From: Lama guanicoe
Taxonomy: Eukaryota
NCBI GenBank assembly: GCA_013239625.1
Contig: MU053472.1
Location: 2,763,822 to 2,827,821, forward strand
DNA: 64,000 nucleotides
Reading direction: 5' to 3'
The notes beneath the pieces were generated by a model. It saw only the letters and a list, made by a program, of their open reading frames with translations, was not told the origin of the DNA and ran no database searches. The position numbers were made by a program, and so were the translations under genes. Of this stretch, positions 1-13,534 are shown piece after piece (within the stretch, counting starts at the first letter, position 1; each line of letters begins with the position of its first letter).

Positions 1-2020
1 TATATATTTGCAACAGTGCTTAATACGTTCTCCTTTTAAAGTAAGTATTAAATTAATTTCACCTCCTTTCTTTCCCTACAATAATTCAATTGCTGCTTTC
101 TGTAACAAAAAGCAAGAGTAGAGGAAAAGAAATTTTTGGCTACTATATTTACCAGAGGTTAACAAGTATATAACTCCTGGCTGATACTTTTCTTTGATCC
201 TTTTAATTATCAACCACCAAACCCTTAATAGAGTCCTTGTTTTGTATCCAACACTGTAATTGGTGCTATGGGAAAAGAAAAAAATTACAAGCAATGGGCT
301 ATGTCCAAATCATTATGTAGATTCAAAACACACACGAACTAATTTATGAACAAAGAATTTACAAATCAGTACTAAGTTTCTCCATTTTTGGTACAGAAGT
401 TTCCAAAGAAACTGAAGGGACAAGAGATCGGTGTGGGATGAAGTTGTTTAAAAAGTCCTTTAATAAATACTGAAGTATATGTAAAAAGGCCTGAATAGAC
501 ATACGTAGTAGAGGCAATGACTGCACTGATGGTTCCAAAAGACCCATATGACAGACATCGAAGATGGAGAAGGGCAAAGCCCCTTAACCCACAGTCTTCT
601 CTCCCTCTCACAGACTTTCAAGCGGCCTTGTGTTAGTAGTGTAAACCCAGAAGAGCTGTCTCTGAGCTCTGTTGCTGTTTACCAGTCGGTAATGACTCTT
701 CTACAGAGGAGCAACCATAGGACAAACTTTCACTTTAAGAGATTTTCCTTGAATGGTTTCTTATGTAACACATAAAGGAATGCAAATAGCTCATCCACTT
801 ACACTTGAAATAAACCACACGAATATAAAAAGAAAAACCTAGTAAAATAAATGCCCAAGATTGGCTTTGAAGACTAGATTTATAAGATCTTTCCCTCAGA
901 AATCAATTCATTCGCCCTTAATAACAATACCTTATGTCATTTTTTTTAAGTTAAGAAAAACTTTATTTAGAGGCTGAAATGATTAGATGCTTATCTGAAC
1001 AGCTAGGCTGTACAAGAAATGACTTGAAAATTCCCTTTTTGATGTCCTCCAAGAGATGGATTCCATTATATATGTCTTGTTCTTTCTTCAGACGTCTGAC
1101 TTCAGACTAGAGTTGAGCAGAAATATGGCTTACAGTTTTCCTCAAGTCATTCTAGGGCTCCAGGGTCAAGCCATTATTTAAAGGGAAAATTAAGAACCAT
1201 AGCCAATGTTAGAAAGATTCTACCTTGTTGTTGCTTAAGGGAAGGAGGAAGGGACAGGCAACAATCATTGTAAACTCCCTTCAAAATAACTGGAAAATGT
1301 AAATGATTTGCCATTGTTAAGTCCATTAAGAGCTACTATTTAGCTAATAGAGACTGTGTCATGATACATTTACATGATGTGTAACTTTCAAAGAATTATC
1401 TTGGGCTAATGCAGAAATTAATTTTTCAAGGTGCTATGGTATGTATGGTGTTACCTGCTTTGGAGAGATTTGGTGGTGGAATGGGAGATGTAATTTCTCA
1501 TAAGAGACTAGGAACAGTTAAAAACAGAGAAGAAGTTAAAGGTTTTTATAGCAATATATTAATCAAAACTATCATGAACAAATGCCACATGATCTAAGTA
1601 AATCTAAAAAGTTAACATATTTGAAATCTAGGTATTAAGTGTTACATAGTGAGTTACCTCTTAATTTTTAAAATATATTCATCAAAATTTTAGTCTTATT
1701 TTCATTTCTCTATGTCTACAAACAATGGCTTAGGCCACACATGCCTCAGGTTGTACAAAGCATTCTTATACTATAGTTTTCTTAATTCTTGAGAGCTTAA
1801 CTAAAGCTCTTTGAGTAATGGCCCAGATAAAAATGGAAATTACAGCTTTCACTCTTAACATGCATTTAAGGAAAATAATAACACCATGTCAGAACTTCAT
1901 CCTTCAAGTTATTTTCAAGCAGCAGACAGAAGTAAGAGTTCATTCTGACATTCAGGATTAATTTAAGGTACACACATGAGGAAAATGTGGAGGAATAACT
2001 TGCATCACAGGTCAGTGTCT

Positions 2021-2162
2021 CCCCCCACCTCCCAGTTTATTTGTGTGTGTGTGGGCAATTAGTTTATTTAGTTTTTTATTTTTGCTGGACGTACTGGGGA
2101 TTGAACCCAGGACCTTTTACATGCTAGGCACACACTCTACTGCTGAGCTATACAGCTTTCCT
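2021..2162 (-). mobile_element. tRNA-Ala-derived SINE (Vic-1-like)
   Basis: Reverse complement has the A box TAGCTCAGCAGTAGAG and B box GGTTCAATCC. TSD tcagtgtct at 2012-2020 and 2163-2171. Confidence 0.88.
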
Positions 2163-4056
2163 TCAGTGTCTTTTTATAGTTAGCTTAAGAAAGAACTTAA
2201 ATGTCATTTTCTGAAAGCCATTAAATTCAAAGTACCTTGTGCACCTGGCTAAGGACTCTCATCTCAACCCACAGTGAGTGGGTGAAGTTCTCCACCTGCC
2301 AATAGGTGCTAATTAAGTTCAAAGTATTACAGATTTGTGATACAGAAGAACATAAGGTAGGCGGAGAACAAACACACAGAACTATTTTTCAGTCAGTGCT
2401 TAATCTTGGCTTTTAAATAGCCACTTTCTCTATGTGAAAAAAGCCTTAAAGAAGGGGAAAAAAGCAAGAATAATTGATCTCATTTACTTTTCATTGCTGT
2501 AGACCTTCAGCATGGTGGGCAGACGCAGCTTTGTGGATAGCAGCAGTATCTTGATACTTATTTTCTTGGCACAAACACTTTTCAGATAATATAACTCTAG
2601 AAGAAACTAATTTCCAGCAAATTATTCTAATGGCAATTTTTGAGCTTTTGTTACTGATTTTAATAAAGGAAAAAAAAAAAAGCCCTCAGAAAATACAAAC
2701 AAAAGACGGGGAAAAAAGAAAAAACCCACAGAAGTCTAAACTCACCCAGAGCTCAAAAATGGTTCCATGGGAACACTATTTTGCCATGCTCATAGACCCA
2801 AGTATGTGTTGAAACACAAACAAGACAAACTGCTTTACAAAATTCCGTCGAGGGCCCTGACCAATATGCAAACAAAAGTCTATTTTTTTTTTTTTACAGT
2901 TTCTAATGCATATGTGACTCTGTTTCTGGAAATCACTTATCTGATAAGAAATCTGTATTTTTGAACTCTCCCCATATTGACTCATTATAAATAAAGGTCT
3001 GCATTCTGTTCCCACAAAAAGCCAGAAAATCTTCCATAGGAAGCATCACAATTGGCAGAAGTTGCAGAGAGTGGGTGATGTGATTATTCCAGTTTTTCAT
3101 CCACAATGCATAAATTTTCATTTGTTGGTTAGTCCTGAGCATACACCCATTACAAAAATTCATCGGTCATTCTTATTCTGTTTTCAAGGGACTCCTTTCA
3201 AATCATGTAACTCTCACACAAATTGGTTCCCCAGATACAAAAAACACGCCATTTGATTTACTTTGAATCCCTTCTCCATCATGGAGATAGTCATCAAACT
3301 AGGACTTGCTATTAGATGACCTGAAATTTTCCTGTTCATGATTCTGTTTGGATTTTTCCAGCCAGATGTGGGTTTTTAAAAAATTACTATGTGCCATCAT
3401 AGAAATGGGGCACAGTGCTTAATAGAATATAAACTTGAAAAAAATTGATTTGTCTTGTTGTTCAGCTCTGTTTACAAAGGGCTTATATAAAGGTTAAGCA
3501 GTTGAAATACCTAAGGGAATAAAACAGATATTAATAAAGTAAATATTTAATAAAGGCTCTGTTCCTTTCTTAACCACTTTTTTTGAGGATCTTAGCATTA
3601 ATGTGATCACATAAGTTACATCACTGGTTTTCCAGAAACCATACTGTGTGACACAGATTCACAGTAAGTCTACAGGGCAATAAACCTTTATCTTTCTTTC
3701 TTAGAAAAAAAAAAAGTGCAGGCAAAAAAAATTTTTTTTTTAACCTTCGTTTCACTATTTGTGCAGTACTTTGAGGCTGATTTATTTAACATCCCTCTGA
3801 TGATTAACTGAATCGTCTAAATAACATTCTCAGGGTGTGATTAGTCAAACCACTGAAAGTTTATAAATGTGAGAAAATGTTTTAGAATAAGATTCAGGTC
3901 AGGGTAGTATTAGAAGAAAGAGGAAAGAAGGGTTTAATCAATTCTACTGCTGCTCTAATTCAGAAAACATAGAAGAGATCTTTTGAAGTAGAATGCTAAT
4001 GACCAGTACTTTGTGATAGTACCAAAAGCAGTTTTTAAGGGCAGGAGAGTCTAGAC

Positions 4057-4519
4057 CAATGCTCTGCAAACATTTTTGTTTTATGTATATGCTACTTATG
4101 CAAACAGCAGAATGCACAAATAGAAATTACTGGATAAAATGAAGATGAAATCTAAATAAAAGTTTTAAATTGCTACTTTAAATAATTATGATGGCTTTTA
4201 TGTTATCATTAGTAAATATTTCTGACTAATAGGGCATAGAAAAAACACAATAAATTGCAGCATGCCCACTATAGGCCCCTTATGTATTGTGGAACTCCTA
4301 TTCTTACCTCAGCCTACTTTTGTAATAATATGTGATATTCTGACATGAGGATCAGACAAACGGTGAGCTACATCCTCCATGTACGTATGGCCACATAAAC
4401 TATATGTATGTGTGTGCTACCATAGTGTTACATACATTACAAAAATATGCAAAAAAGAAAAAAAGACGAAAATAAATAGAAGTTCTATTTTAGTCCCACT
4501 CTGATGGTGGAGACCACTG
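4057..4519. mobile_element. hAT-Charlie-type non-autonomous DNA transposon
   Basis: Degenerate termini caatgctctgcaaac ... gagaccactg, with an 8-bp TSD gtctagac/gtttagac matching the Charlie nTCTAGAn preference. Confidence 0.6.
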
Positions 4520-5627
4520 GTTTAGACCTTGAAACTAAACTGCAAGGGGTACAAATATATAATACCCTGTTCCCAAAAGGTCAAAAATATCTTAAGGCTT
4601 AGTTAGCCGGCCAACTCAATGCAAAATTGTTAGGTAACATACTAGAGAAAAAGAAAGATCCAGATTAGGTGTCTCTTTTTCACTCATCCTCCCACTCTTT
4701 ACAGTGGCTCTCATAGGCCGGTGTAAAGAGGGCCTTAAAGAATCTAGATAGACAAAGATCAAGAGAATGAAATCCTGTGCCCACAGTTAAACTTATATTT
4801 ATGTTTTAAATGAACATCAGGCTCTTCAGCATTTTCTTGATTGAGGATCACTGTATGTAAATCAACAGATCAAATTCATCCTCTGACTCTAGAGAATTCG
4901 TCTACCAACCGAGATTTGGTCTGGGAGCAGAGGAGTAGAACCCTAAACAGACTCTTCCAGACTGAAGCTAACAGAGACTTCTGCTAAAGACACTGAACTT
5001 TACCAGTAAGGTACTAGCAGGATACATTCTCAGGGATGAAGCAAAAGCCTCTCCCTATTCCACCTCTATTACGTGCTGATCTGTCTTCTGAACAAAAGAT
5101 GCAATGACAGTACCGAGGAACTTCAGTGCTTCAGCAACAAGACAGACTAGCAATTCTCTTTCTTGATAAGCCTTATACATAATTCTTTGTTTTCAGAAAT
5201 GTGCACATTTTTAGTCAAACACTGTAGAGTTAAATACAACTGCCCCCCCACCCCCCTGCAATGAGGCTGCGATCTAAACAGGCTTAACGGTTAGTATTTT
5301 AATGAGTTGTCATTTCCTGTCTGATAAAGATTCTCACAGTATTTAACCACCAGTTTCCCTGGGGCCTGACCAATACTACAACTCTATTCATAGTGACTCA
5401 GAATGGATCTCAGACACCCGGCCTGATTCAACAATGATAGATTGCCCTACAAATGAGGGGGGGGGGACTGTCTTTCCTCCTGAGGTCCATTGCTCTGGAG
5501 CTCAGGCGGGCAAGGAGGAGGAGGGAGAGTTTATCCTACAATCTTTCTGAAGAAGCCAAAGGCCATCATGCTGACTTCCATTAATATTTACAGCCTTCCA
5601 GTCCTCAGATATTAGAGAAAGAAGAAA

Positions 5628-5652
5628 AGAGAGAGAGAGAGAGAGAGAGAGA
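5628..5652. repeat. (AG)n microsatellite
   Basis: Direct reading of the tandem AG units. Confidence 0.95.
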
Positions 5653-7861
5653 AATTGATACCTAATTAATCCAGGAATATGACAAGTAAATGAACTAGTG
5701 CTAGGTGCAAATCAACTTAACCTAGTAGAAACAGGATCTATTATTCCTATATGACTAAAATTTAACTAAGTTGTGAATCTGAATCTTTGAAGCTGATAAT
5801 TATAAGAAAAAAACTGGTAACTGATATATTCTACTTGCTTTTGGATCTGAAGTGTGGAAGCCTGACCCAAACCAAGTTCCTTTTACATCTCAGGATGTTC
5901 AAATAGTGCCCCAACATAAAAATCAATTCAAAACGAAAATTATGTGCTACACTAAAAAAATCTAGGGCTTTCTCATATATACAAGTTTGGGTTGATAGAG
6001 AGCCTCTGGCACCGTCTAAAATTCGTTGTGATTCAACCTTAGAATTTGGGATTAAAACATCTTGAATTTCATTCACAGCTGTGCCCCTTTCAAATTATTA
6101 AAACCTCTTTTGCACTCAAGCTAGTCCATTGTGTGCTGAATAGTATTATAAACACATGACACCATCAGTTTCTTAGTGGTTGTGTATAAGAAGACCACTG
6201 CTTTATCTAGAAACGTCAGGTATTTTGTTTCTACTGCCTCACAGCGTATTTCTATCACAGGCTTCTTTAAAAATCGCAACTGCCCTTGCTTTTGAACATT
6301 TGGAATTGTTTTCTATAAGAATCAGAATGGAGTTAAGATCTCCTTATAATTAGCAGCTACTCTTTGAAATACTCTATCATTAAAGGGAAGCTTTTGAAAA
6401 CAAAACCTCATTTCGGAATGTAGACTTGAGTAGTAGGAACCAAACAGGCATTTATGTTAATGAATGAGGCCAGAGTTAAAGAAGTAGTCTGTAAGAACCA
6501 AGTAAAAGTGACTGGCTGCCAAAACAAAACCCTGCTGAAAATCAACTGCTTTCAGTTACAGAAAATGACAGCTGATGGCAGCTTTATATGGTGACAAATC
6601 AATCTGCGGCTGGCTGGATGCCCCTCCGAGTTCTAAGAAAGAATGAAATCAGCAACAGGGACCCATGGACCCAAAGAATAGTTTGAAGAATTTTCAATTT
6701 AAGGTGAAACGGCACAGAAGCTCATTGGCCTTTCTATCATTCAAAGTGGCATGATGGTGACTGGATAAAAAAAGTGACGGTACTGACTGGAATTTAATCT
6801 CATCTAAGAAAAATCCAGTTACTCCAACCTTTAGGCAGAAAATCACTAAATGCAGCAGATAGTCTACAATACAAAAACGTCACGATGCGTGCCTTCAATG
6901 AACTTAATCTAGAAGGGTGATCAGACAGAAAAAAATGCATATAAACCTTCACAAACTTAGAGTATGGAACCCAGCAGGTTTCTCAAAGTAACACCAGTAG
7001 TAACTAGTTTCAGCGGTGCCAGGTAGATATAGACAGGTCTGAACGAGAAGAAAGAGCGGACAGGAAAAACTCATGCTGACTCCCTAACAAATTCACAAAG
7101 CCATCTCAAACCAGCACTCTCACCCAAATCCCCACTGAAAGTAAATTGCCACACTGCCTTCTTCGGCATTCTCTCAAAGTCTGTCTGCTCCTCAAAAGAT
7201 CTTGAAATCTTCATTCCAGTTTTGAAGGACGTGGTTAAGCCAATCCACTCAGGCTTTTGATCCTATCTCCTTACATCTCTCATCATTTACATGAATTTAG
7301 ATACGTTTTAGTTTCCCCTTCTATACAGTGATACTAGCTTACAGGTTTTGTTAGGGATCAGAAAAATGTAGGTAAAGTATCTGGCACACTGAGTGTTTTA
7401 CTAAATGCTAACTTCCAACCCACGCCTTTTCTTTATTTTGTTTGTATTTTTCATCTCCAGCTTTTTACCAGAATATTTCCCTCAGCCTAAAATACACAGA
7501 GGTCTCTCCTAATAATGAATACATGAATTTATTTAGTCAATAAATATTTATAGAACATTTAAAATGTGTCAGGCACGACCTTGGCCTGATTTTTCCTTTA
7601 TCCAATAGTTCTGTGTAGTCTAATACAGCTGAGTTTTAGTTTTCATCATTCTACAGAAATGCTCTAGTTATGTTAACAGTAACTTCTTAATACAATGTCC
7701 ATTTCTCACCTTACAGTCTAACTCCAGAGTTCTTGCTTTAACCTTTATCTATGCTGCCTCCCAATATCTATAACAAGAATATAAAAGAGTTAAGAATCAA
7801 AAAAGAAGATCAACTCTAAGAAGAGGACACAAAAAGGAAGGAGTTTTCTACTGGAACGGCA

Positions 7862-7970
7862 TTTTGGTTTCTTTTTTTTTTTCCTTTCTCAAGTGGAGGT
7901 ACTGGGAATTGAACCAAGAACCTCGTGCATACTCAGCATGCGCTGTACCAGCTGAACTACACCCCGACCT
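7862..7970 (-). mobile_element. tRNA-Ala-derived SINE (Vic-1-like)
   Basis: ggaggtactgggaattgaacc...gcatgcgctgtacca...ctacacccc with a T-rich tail on the plus strand. Confidence 0.85.
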
Positions 7971-10900
7971 CCTGAACTGCACAAGACTACATTAAAATCA
8001 GAATGTACAACTGGGTCTCAGCTGCTGGGGTTTTCAACATATATACCCTCTTCTGGTTAATACAAATGTGTGTGTCTCCTGTGTCCATAACTTTTTCTGA
8101 CTCTCTTACAGTGATCAAAAAAAAAGCCAAAGAGAACCAAGCACACAAACCATTTTATATTTTAAAATGAGAGGATAGATTTCTTTTCTTTAGAAGAAAA
8201 AGTCCAGGCCAATAGAGCTCATTCTGACCACTTGTCACAGAGTAAGGAACAAGAAACAACATTAAGATTCAAGCACTTAATTACTCACTGGTTAAAATGA
8301 TCTCTCTTGCCACAGGCAAATCCGACTCTGAGGTCAAATGTCAAGTTAACTCAGAAACAGGAGACAGCAAAGAAGAGCATGGAACATTCTGTATCTGGTA
8401 GAAAGTCCCTGCTCCAGCCAACCCCATCCCCCGAGTTCCACGACTGAGTTACGGAAACTTTCCTGTGTGGTGAAACTGGGGACTTTGTCTTCCAATAAGA
8501 CCCTGGCAACCTGACAACGAGCCCATGTTCTGCATATGGTTTGCTGCGAGTCATACGCTTAATGTTATTTTCTGGGAATTCTCATCCTCTCTATTTGGTG
8601 AGAATACCCGGAACATGTCATTTTTTTAAAGTTGGTCATGCTTTTTAAGAAACATTTCCAGGTCGCTCTCATTGGAGAAAATCGAAAATTAAATAAAGTT
8701 AGTTTTAAATCTTAATGAAAAAATAAAAAAAGACTGCAACGAATGTAATGCCTTTGAAGCCGTAAAGTTCCCTGGTTCTTTGGTTCTGTCCTCTGACTTA
8801 TTTCAACCCAGGATACCAAATTGAGAAAACGCCATTACATGCCTAATCTTTCTTGGTCTCTTTGCCAAATACACCATAAACCAAAAGGCCTCCTCCTCAA
8901 GGCTATTATCTATTCTAACCTCTCTCAGAATATGTAACTGATTCGTTACATCTGTTCCAATTTCCATATATAACTAGACAAACCCTTTGATTTAGGAAAA
9001 GACAACAGGGATACCGTCCCCTAAGCCCAGAGATCCTAATGACTGCTTTCCAGAACTGTCCAAGAAATAAACCTACAAATTATTTCTAGTTCAGCGATGG
9101 GAATTATTTACTCTTAAAATGACAATAAATTTTTGCGACAGGGTTTACATTATCTCTGGGACCTTAGGACTGTCATAGGATGACATACCGTACTAAAACT
9201 TCCACAGGCCAAAGGAATACTTTAGGGTATCACATGTAGCTGGGCCATTTCACAGTTTTATTGAGACTAGAAGCCATTTGGGAAAAGGGTATTTCTTTCA
9301 GTCATCAGTATAGCATTCAAACCTACATAAAACTGATACTCACCGGCACCACCAGAGACGTAATGGTCCACACAAACTCTGCCTGCCACCTGGGGGGTGG
9401 TGAGTAGCTTAACACGGCAGGCCACAGGCAGACCTGCCTAGACAAAAATCTCATCCTAGGCAAAAACTAAGTTATCAAAGACTAAGGGTTATCTTGCTTA
9501 TGTTCAACCTTTCTTTTATTCACTTTTCCCCTCTTCTGTGTTGCCCCTTTTATCATACTCTAGATCTTTATTATGTGCTTACCTATCTTGCACTAAGAAA
9601 CGCTCACAGAAACACTTGTTCAAAACAGAAAAAAACATAGAAACATTCCAAATGTCCATCAATGGGAGAGTGGATGAAAAATTACCCAATGTAATAAAAT
9701 ATAATAGACAAAATGAACAATTCAGCAGCACATAATATTAGCAACATAATAAGTGAAAAGCCCCCAGAGATTACATATATAGTTTGATAATAACTGTATG
9801 TAAAGTGCTCACGATGTTCAATAAATAGTATCCTCAAGAATTATTTATATAATCTTTGACAAAAAACTTTGTCCTGGTTAAAGGCATTTTATTCATCAGA
9901 GAGTAAAGAAATGGGAACTTTCTTCAAGGAGAAGTAGGCTTTCCCTCAATCTTCCCTGAGAGCATACAAAATAGTCACCCAGCAGGCTTTCTATTCACGT
10001 CAACAGAAACTCTGGGGAAAAAATAAGACTTTAAGAACAAAGGCAACACAAAAATTGAGAGGAAAGGTATTTTAAAAATTCACATGCCTTAGAATTTTAA
10101 AGCGCTGACATGAGTACGTTTCAACTAAACTGTAAGATATTTTGAGACAGGACATTTCACATTTTGATTGGAAGTTGGAAAGGTGGTCTCCTGAACTGGG
10201 GAAGAAATGCTACTTAAAGAAACTTGTTTGAAAGAATAGCAACTACAAGTGGATACAGACAGGAATTAAGTAACTGGCTTGAGGCAGAGTTTATACTCAA
10301 ACCTAGATTTGTTTTGTCCAAAGCCTGTGTGCTCCTTTCATATTCTACTCCATAGCTGTTCTGACTCTTGGGATTCATTTTTCATTCTGCTTTGCCTTAG
10401 TATCTCATAATTTTATTTTAAATAGAACTGTTGCTGACTTTTTTTTTTTTTGGTCTTGTCTTTTGATTTTTCACTCTATCATGGCACATAGTTTTAAATA
10501 TCCTTCAAAAAGTTGTATTCCAAGCTTTACTAGTTTAGTTTGATGATTTGATATATATGCCATTTAGAGTTTTAACAGTGTGCAGAGGGAGAACCAACAA
10601 TTAAAGGAGAATGTTTCTATAGCAGATTACATGCAGTCTTTTCAGTTCAACTCAACAATGAGTCAAGGGAATCAGTCTGACTGGTTTCCTTCCCTTTCCT
10701 GAAAAAAACTGCTAAGTTTTACGATTATGATACAACATAATAAGTTTAAGTCTACTGAAAATTCATTCTCCTTGTTTAACTTAATTTTTAATCTAGGTTT
10801 TCTGACACTATTTATTAAGTATCATCTGAACACTTGAATAGCATTTCCTACTTCAAAATGTAGGAAAGAAAACCATGCCAAGCTCAAACAGAGCATCTTA

Positions 10901-11454
10901 TTAAAAGATAATGTTATTACTGACAAAGATGAAAAAGGTACCCATTAGCATCTGGTTATAAAGAATTATTATCTGTTGTAAAGTCTAATTATTTATACTG
11001 TTCAATATTTCATCTAGACAAGAAGTTGATGGGTAATCCCTGTAGACAGCACTGGGGAAAAGATGAAGATATCAGCACATTCCAACATCTGTCTCCTGAA
11101 AAGAATTTTTAAAATATGACACATACGAAACAAAACAAAACCATCACCCATTCCAGTAGACCTTGAACACCTAGAATAACTTCATGCAAAACCACCTTTA
11201 AGAAGAATCGATGGATTTTTTTTTTTTGAGGGGCTGTGCTAGAGGAGATAGGAAAGGGAAGCAACTACTGATTTTGAAAAACATAAGAAATTCTAACTTC
11301 AATTTATTGGCCTAACCTTAAAGACACTTTTAATTCTACTTACTAGAGATAAGTAATATAATTTCTTAGAAACTCCAAAGGCTGGGGAAACAGAAGAATC
11401 TGGGCTATACAAATGATTTGCTAATTCTTATTGGTGGGACTTTTATTTGAACAC

Positions 11455-12025
11455 CATGTGTTCACTTATTCACTAGATATTTATCAAGCACGTGCTATGT
11501 GTCAATCAAGATGCCAGGAGCTTTGGACACAACAATAGACAGAAACAGGCATGGCCTCTGCCAGTAAGAAGCTTACAGGTTAGTTGTAGAAGTACAGTAA
11601 TTATACACCCTCAAAATGAACGTAAAAATACAACTGTCAGTGCATGTAGTACATGCTGCTGAAAAAAGAGGTCCCTAGGAAAAAGGGTATTTGTGACCTA
11701 GTTAGAGAAGGTGATTTGTGAACATAATAGCTGAAATCTAAAGGACATTGCCTAAGTCACTGGTTTTCAACAGGACTGGTGGTAACAGTAGGGGCTGACA
11801 TGGAACACTTGGCAATGTACAGGATAGTCCCCCATTACAAAGAATTATCTGACCTGAAATGTCGATAGTGCCAAGGTTGAGAAACCCTGAATGAGGGAAA
11901 GGGAAAAATCAGGAGCAAAGACCAATGGTGGGAGAGCCAAGCAGAGAAAACTGTAGAGGATAGACCATTCAAGGCTATACAGACCATGTTAAGCAGTTTT
12001 AGCTTTATCTTAAGAATGAAAGGGA
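11455..12025 (-). mobile_element. L2 3' fragment interrupted by MER20
   Basis: ttcacttattcactagatatttatcaagcac...tatgtgtc is the reverse-complemented L2 3' terminus, followed by purine-rich L2 body. Confidence 0.65.
11758..11889. mobile_element. MER20-like hAT element, internally deleted
   Basis: cactggttttcaac ... acaaagaattatctgacctgaaatgtcgatagtgccaaggttgagaaaccctg matches the recalled MER20 ends. Confidence 0.75.
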
Positions 12026-12209
12026 AAACAAGTCATTCTTACAACGTATGGATTTGAGTGGCAGTTAGCTGTACGTCCTTCAGAATTCTCTCAAGGCACA
12101 ATAATCTCTAAGAACAGATGCAATGTCTTCTTTGTATTTAAAAAATAAGGGACAGGAATATGCCTTCTTTCTTTTTGAATGTGATGTATGGTGACTTATA
12201 AACCACTTT

Positions 12210-12269
12210 TTTATTTTAATTTTTATTATGTTCCTTTCTTTTTCTTTTTTTTTTTTGGTGGAGGAGGTA
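12210..12269 (-). mobile_element. Extremely 5'-truncated SINE (3' tail only)
   Basis: T-rich tract plus ggtggaggaggtaat, the same 3' motif as in the full SINE copies. TSD ataaaccacttt at 12198-12209 and 12270-12281. Confidence 0.7.
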
Positions 12270-13472
12270 ATAAACCACTTTATTTGTAAGAATTCAGGCA
12301 ACAAAAACTGGAGTAATTAAAATTTAATTCACAAGCTATAATCTATATTTCCAATCAGAAACTGAGCAAGTAATAAAATCAGTGGCTGACTCCATGGAGT
12401 ATATTCTCAAGAATATATTTTCCCTCAATTATTACATTAATACTATACAGAAAAAACCAAAAATGATTTTATTATAAAACATATATAGAAAAGAGTAAAT
12501 ATAACATATAATGTGGTTCAAAGAGTAATAAAACTCATGATCTCACTTCCAAGTAGTAATTTTTTAATAGCAAAAACTTTTACAAATATTTTGCTTTATA
12601 AGTGGCTTTTATTTATTTTTTATTTTTTCCCTGTTTCTTTTTCTTTACTTTTTTTTTTATAAGTGGCTTTTAAAATAAAGATTTGTATTAAAACTACATA
12701 AAGGGCATTTGAAGTTAAAATTTTTCCACCATTGGGCAGTTACACTATTAAATGAAAAGAAAACCTCTCACCTATAAACACCAAATAAAAAAATCATATA
12801 TTGAAAAAAATTTCATTTAATATCTGGCAGCATTCACATTTCAGTTGACATTAATTTGATTAACCAAACAAGCCTTTCTTTACTGTTTTATCAAAGTAAA
12901 CTCCACAAATTTGTAACATTATCATTTAAAGCATATGTTAAAAAAGCTTTGGATAGTTTAGTCTTTCTAAATGGCCTACTTTTTCTTTAGTGAAGTAATT
13001 AATAGGCTCATAATAGACATAGTTTGTAATATCTTATCATGCCTTACTTAGTGAAATATTAATATTTTATGAGAGATTTATATTTAAATGAAATACAACT
13101 GTGTATCTGGCATCCAAGTTTTTAAAGCACTGTTAAATAAATTATAAGGATACACGCATGTCTTTTACATAAAGAGAATTTCACATTGTTTTGGAAGGGC
13201 AACTCTCAAACTCCAAAGCTCCTTTTAAATCAATAACTGTATGATTTGATACAAGCTTGGTTTAAAATTAAACAAGGACAATCTGAGCTTCATCCCTTCC
13301 TGCTGCAGGGAAAGAAGTTCATCTCCAATTTAAAACAATGCAAAAGATTTTTCCTTCTCAAAAAACAAAGAGCTACCACAAAAATTCTATCTCAATAAAC
13401 ACTTTTTTTTAATACATTTCTTCCCATTTAAACAGTGATAGTATTAGTATTAGTCCTTAAAGAATTACTCAC

Positions 13473-13534
13473 CCAATGAAAGCCACCATTTGCTCCACTA
13501 TATGTTTGCTGAATGTTATGATAACGAAGATTTT
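13473..13534 (-). CDS. VMP1: VMP1 coding exon (exon 10 equivalent, 62 nt, ends in phase 2)
   Basis: Translates as KIFVIITFSKHIVEQMVAFI(G). Acceptor ctttttttttcaacag, donor GTGAGT. Confidence 0.97.

Noticed and set aside
1..13472. MIR21 hairpin, its proximal promoter, or VMP1 exons 11-12
   Set aside because: I did not find the mature miR-21 sequence or its reverse complement, nor coding sequence for AVPGIGPSLQKPFQEYLE. By gene order they lie beyond the left edge of the window.
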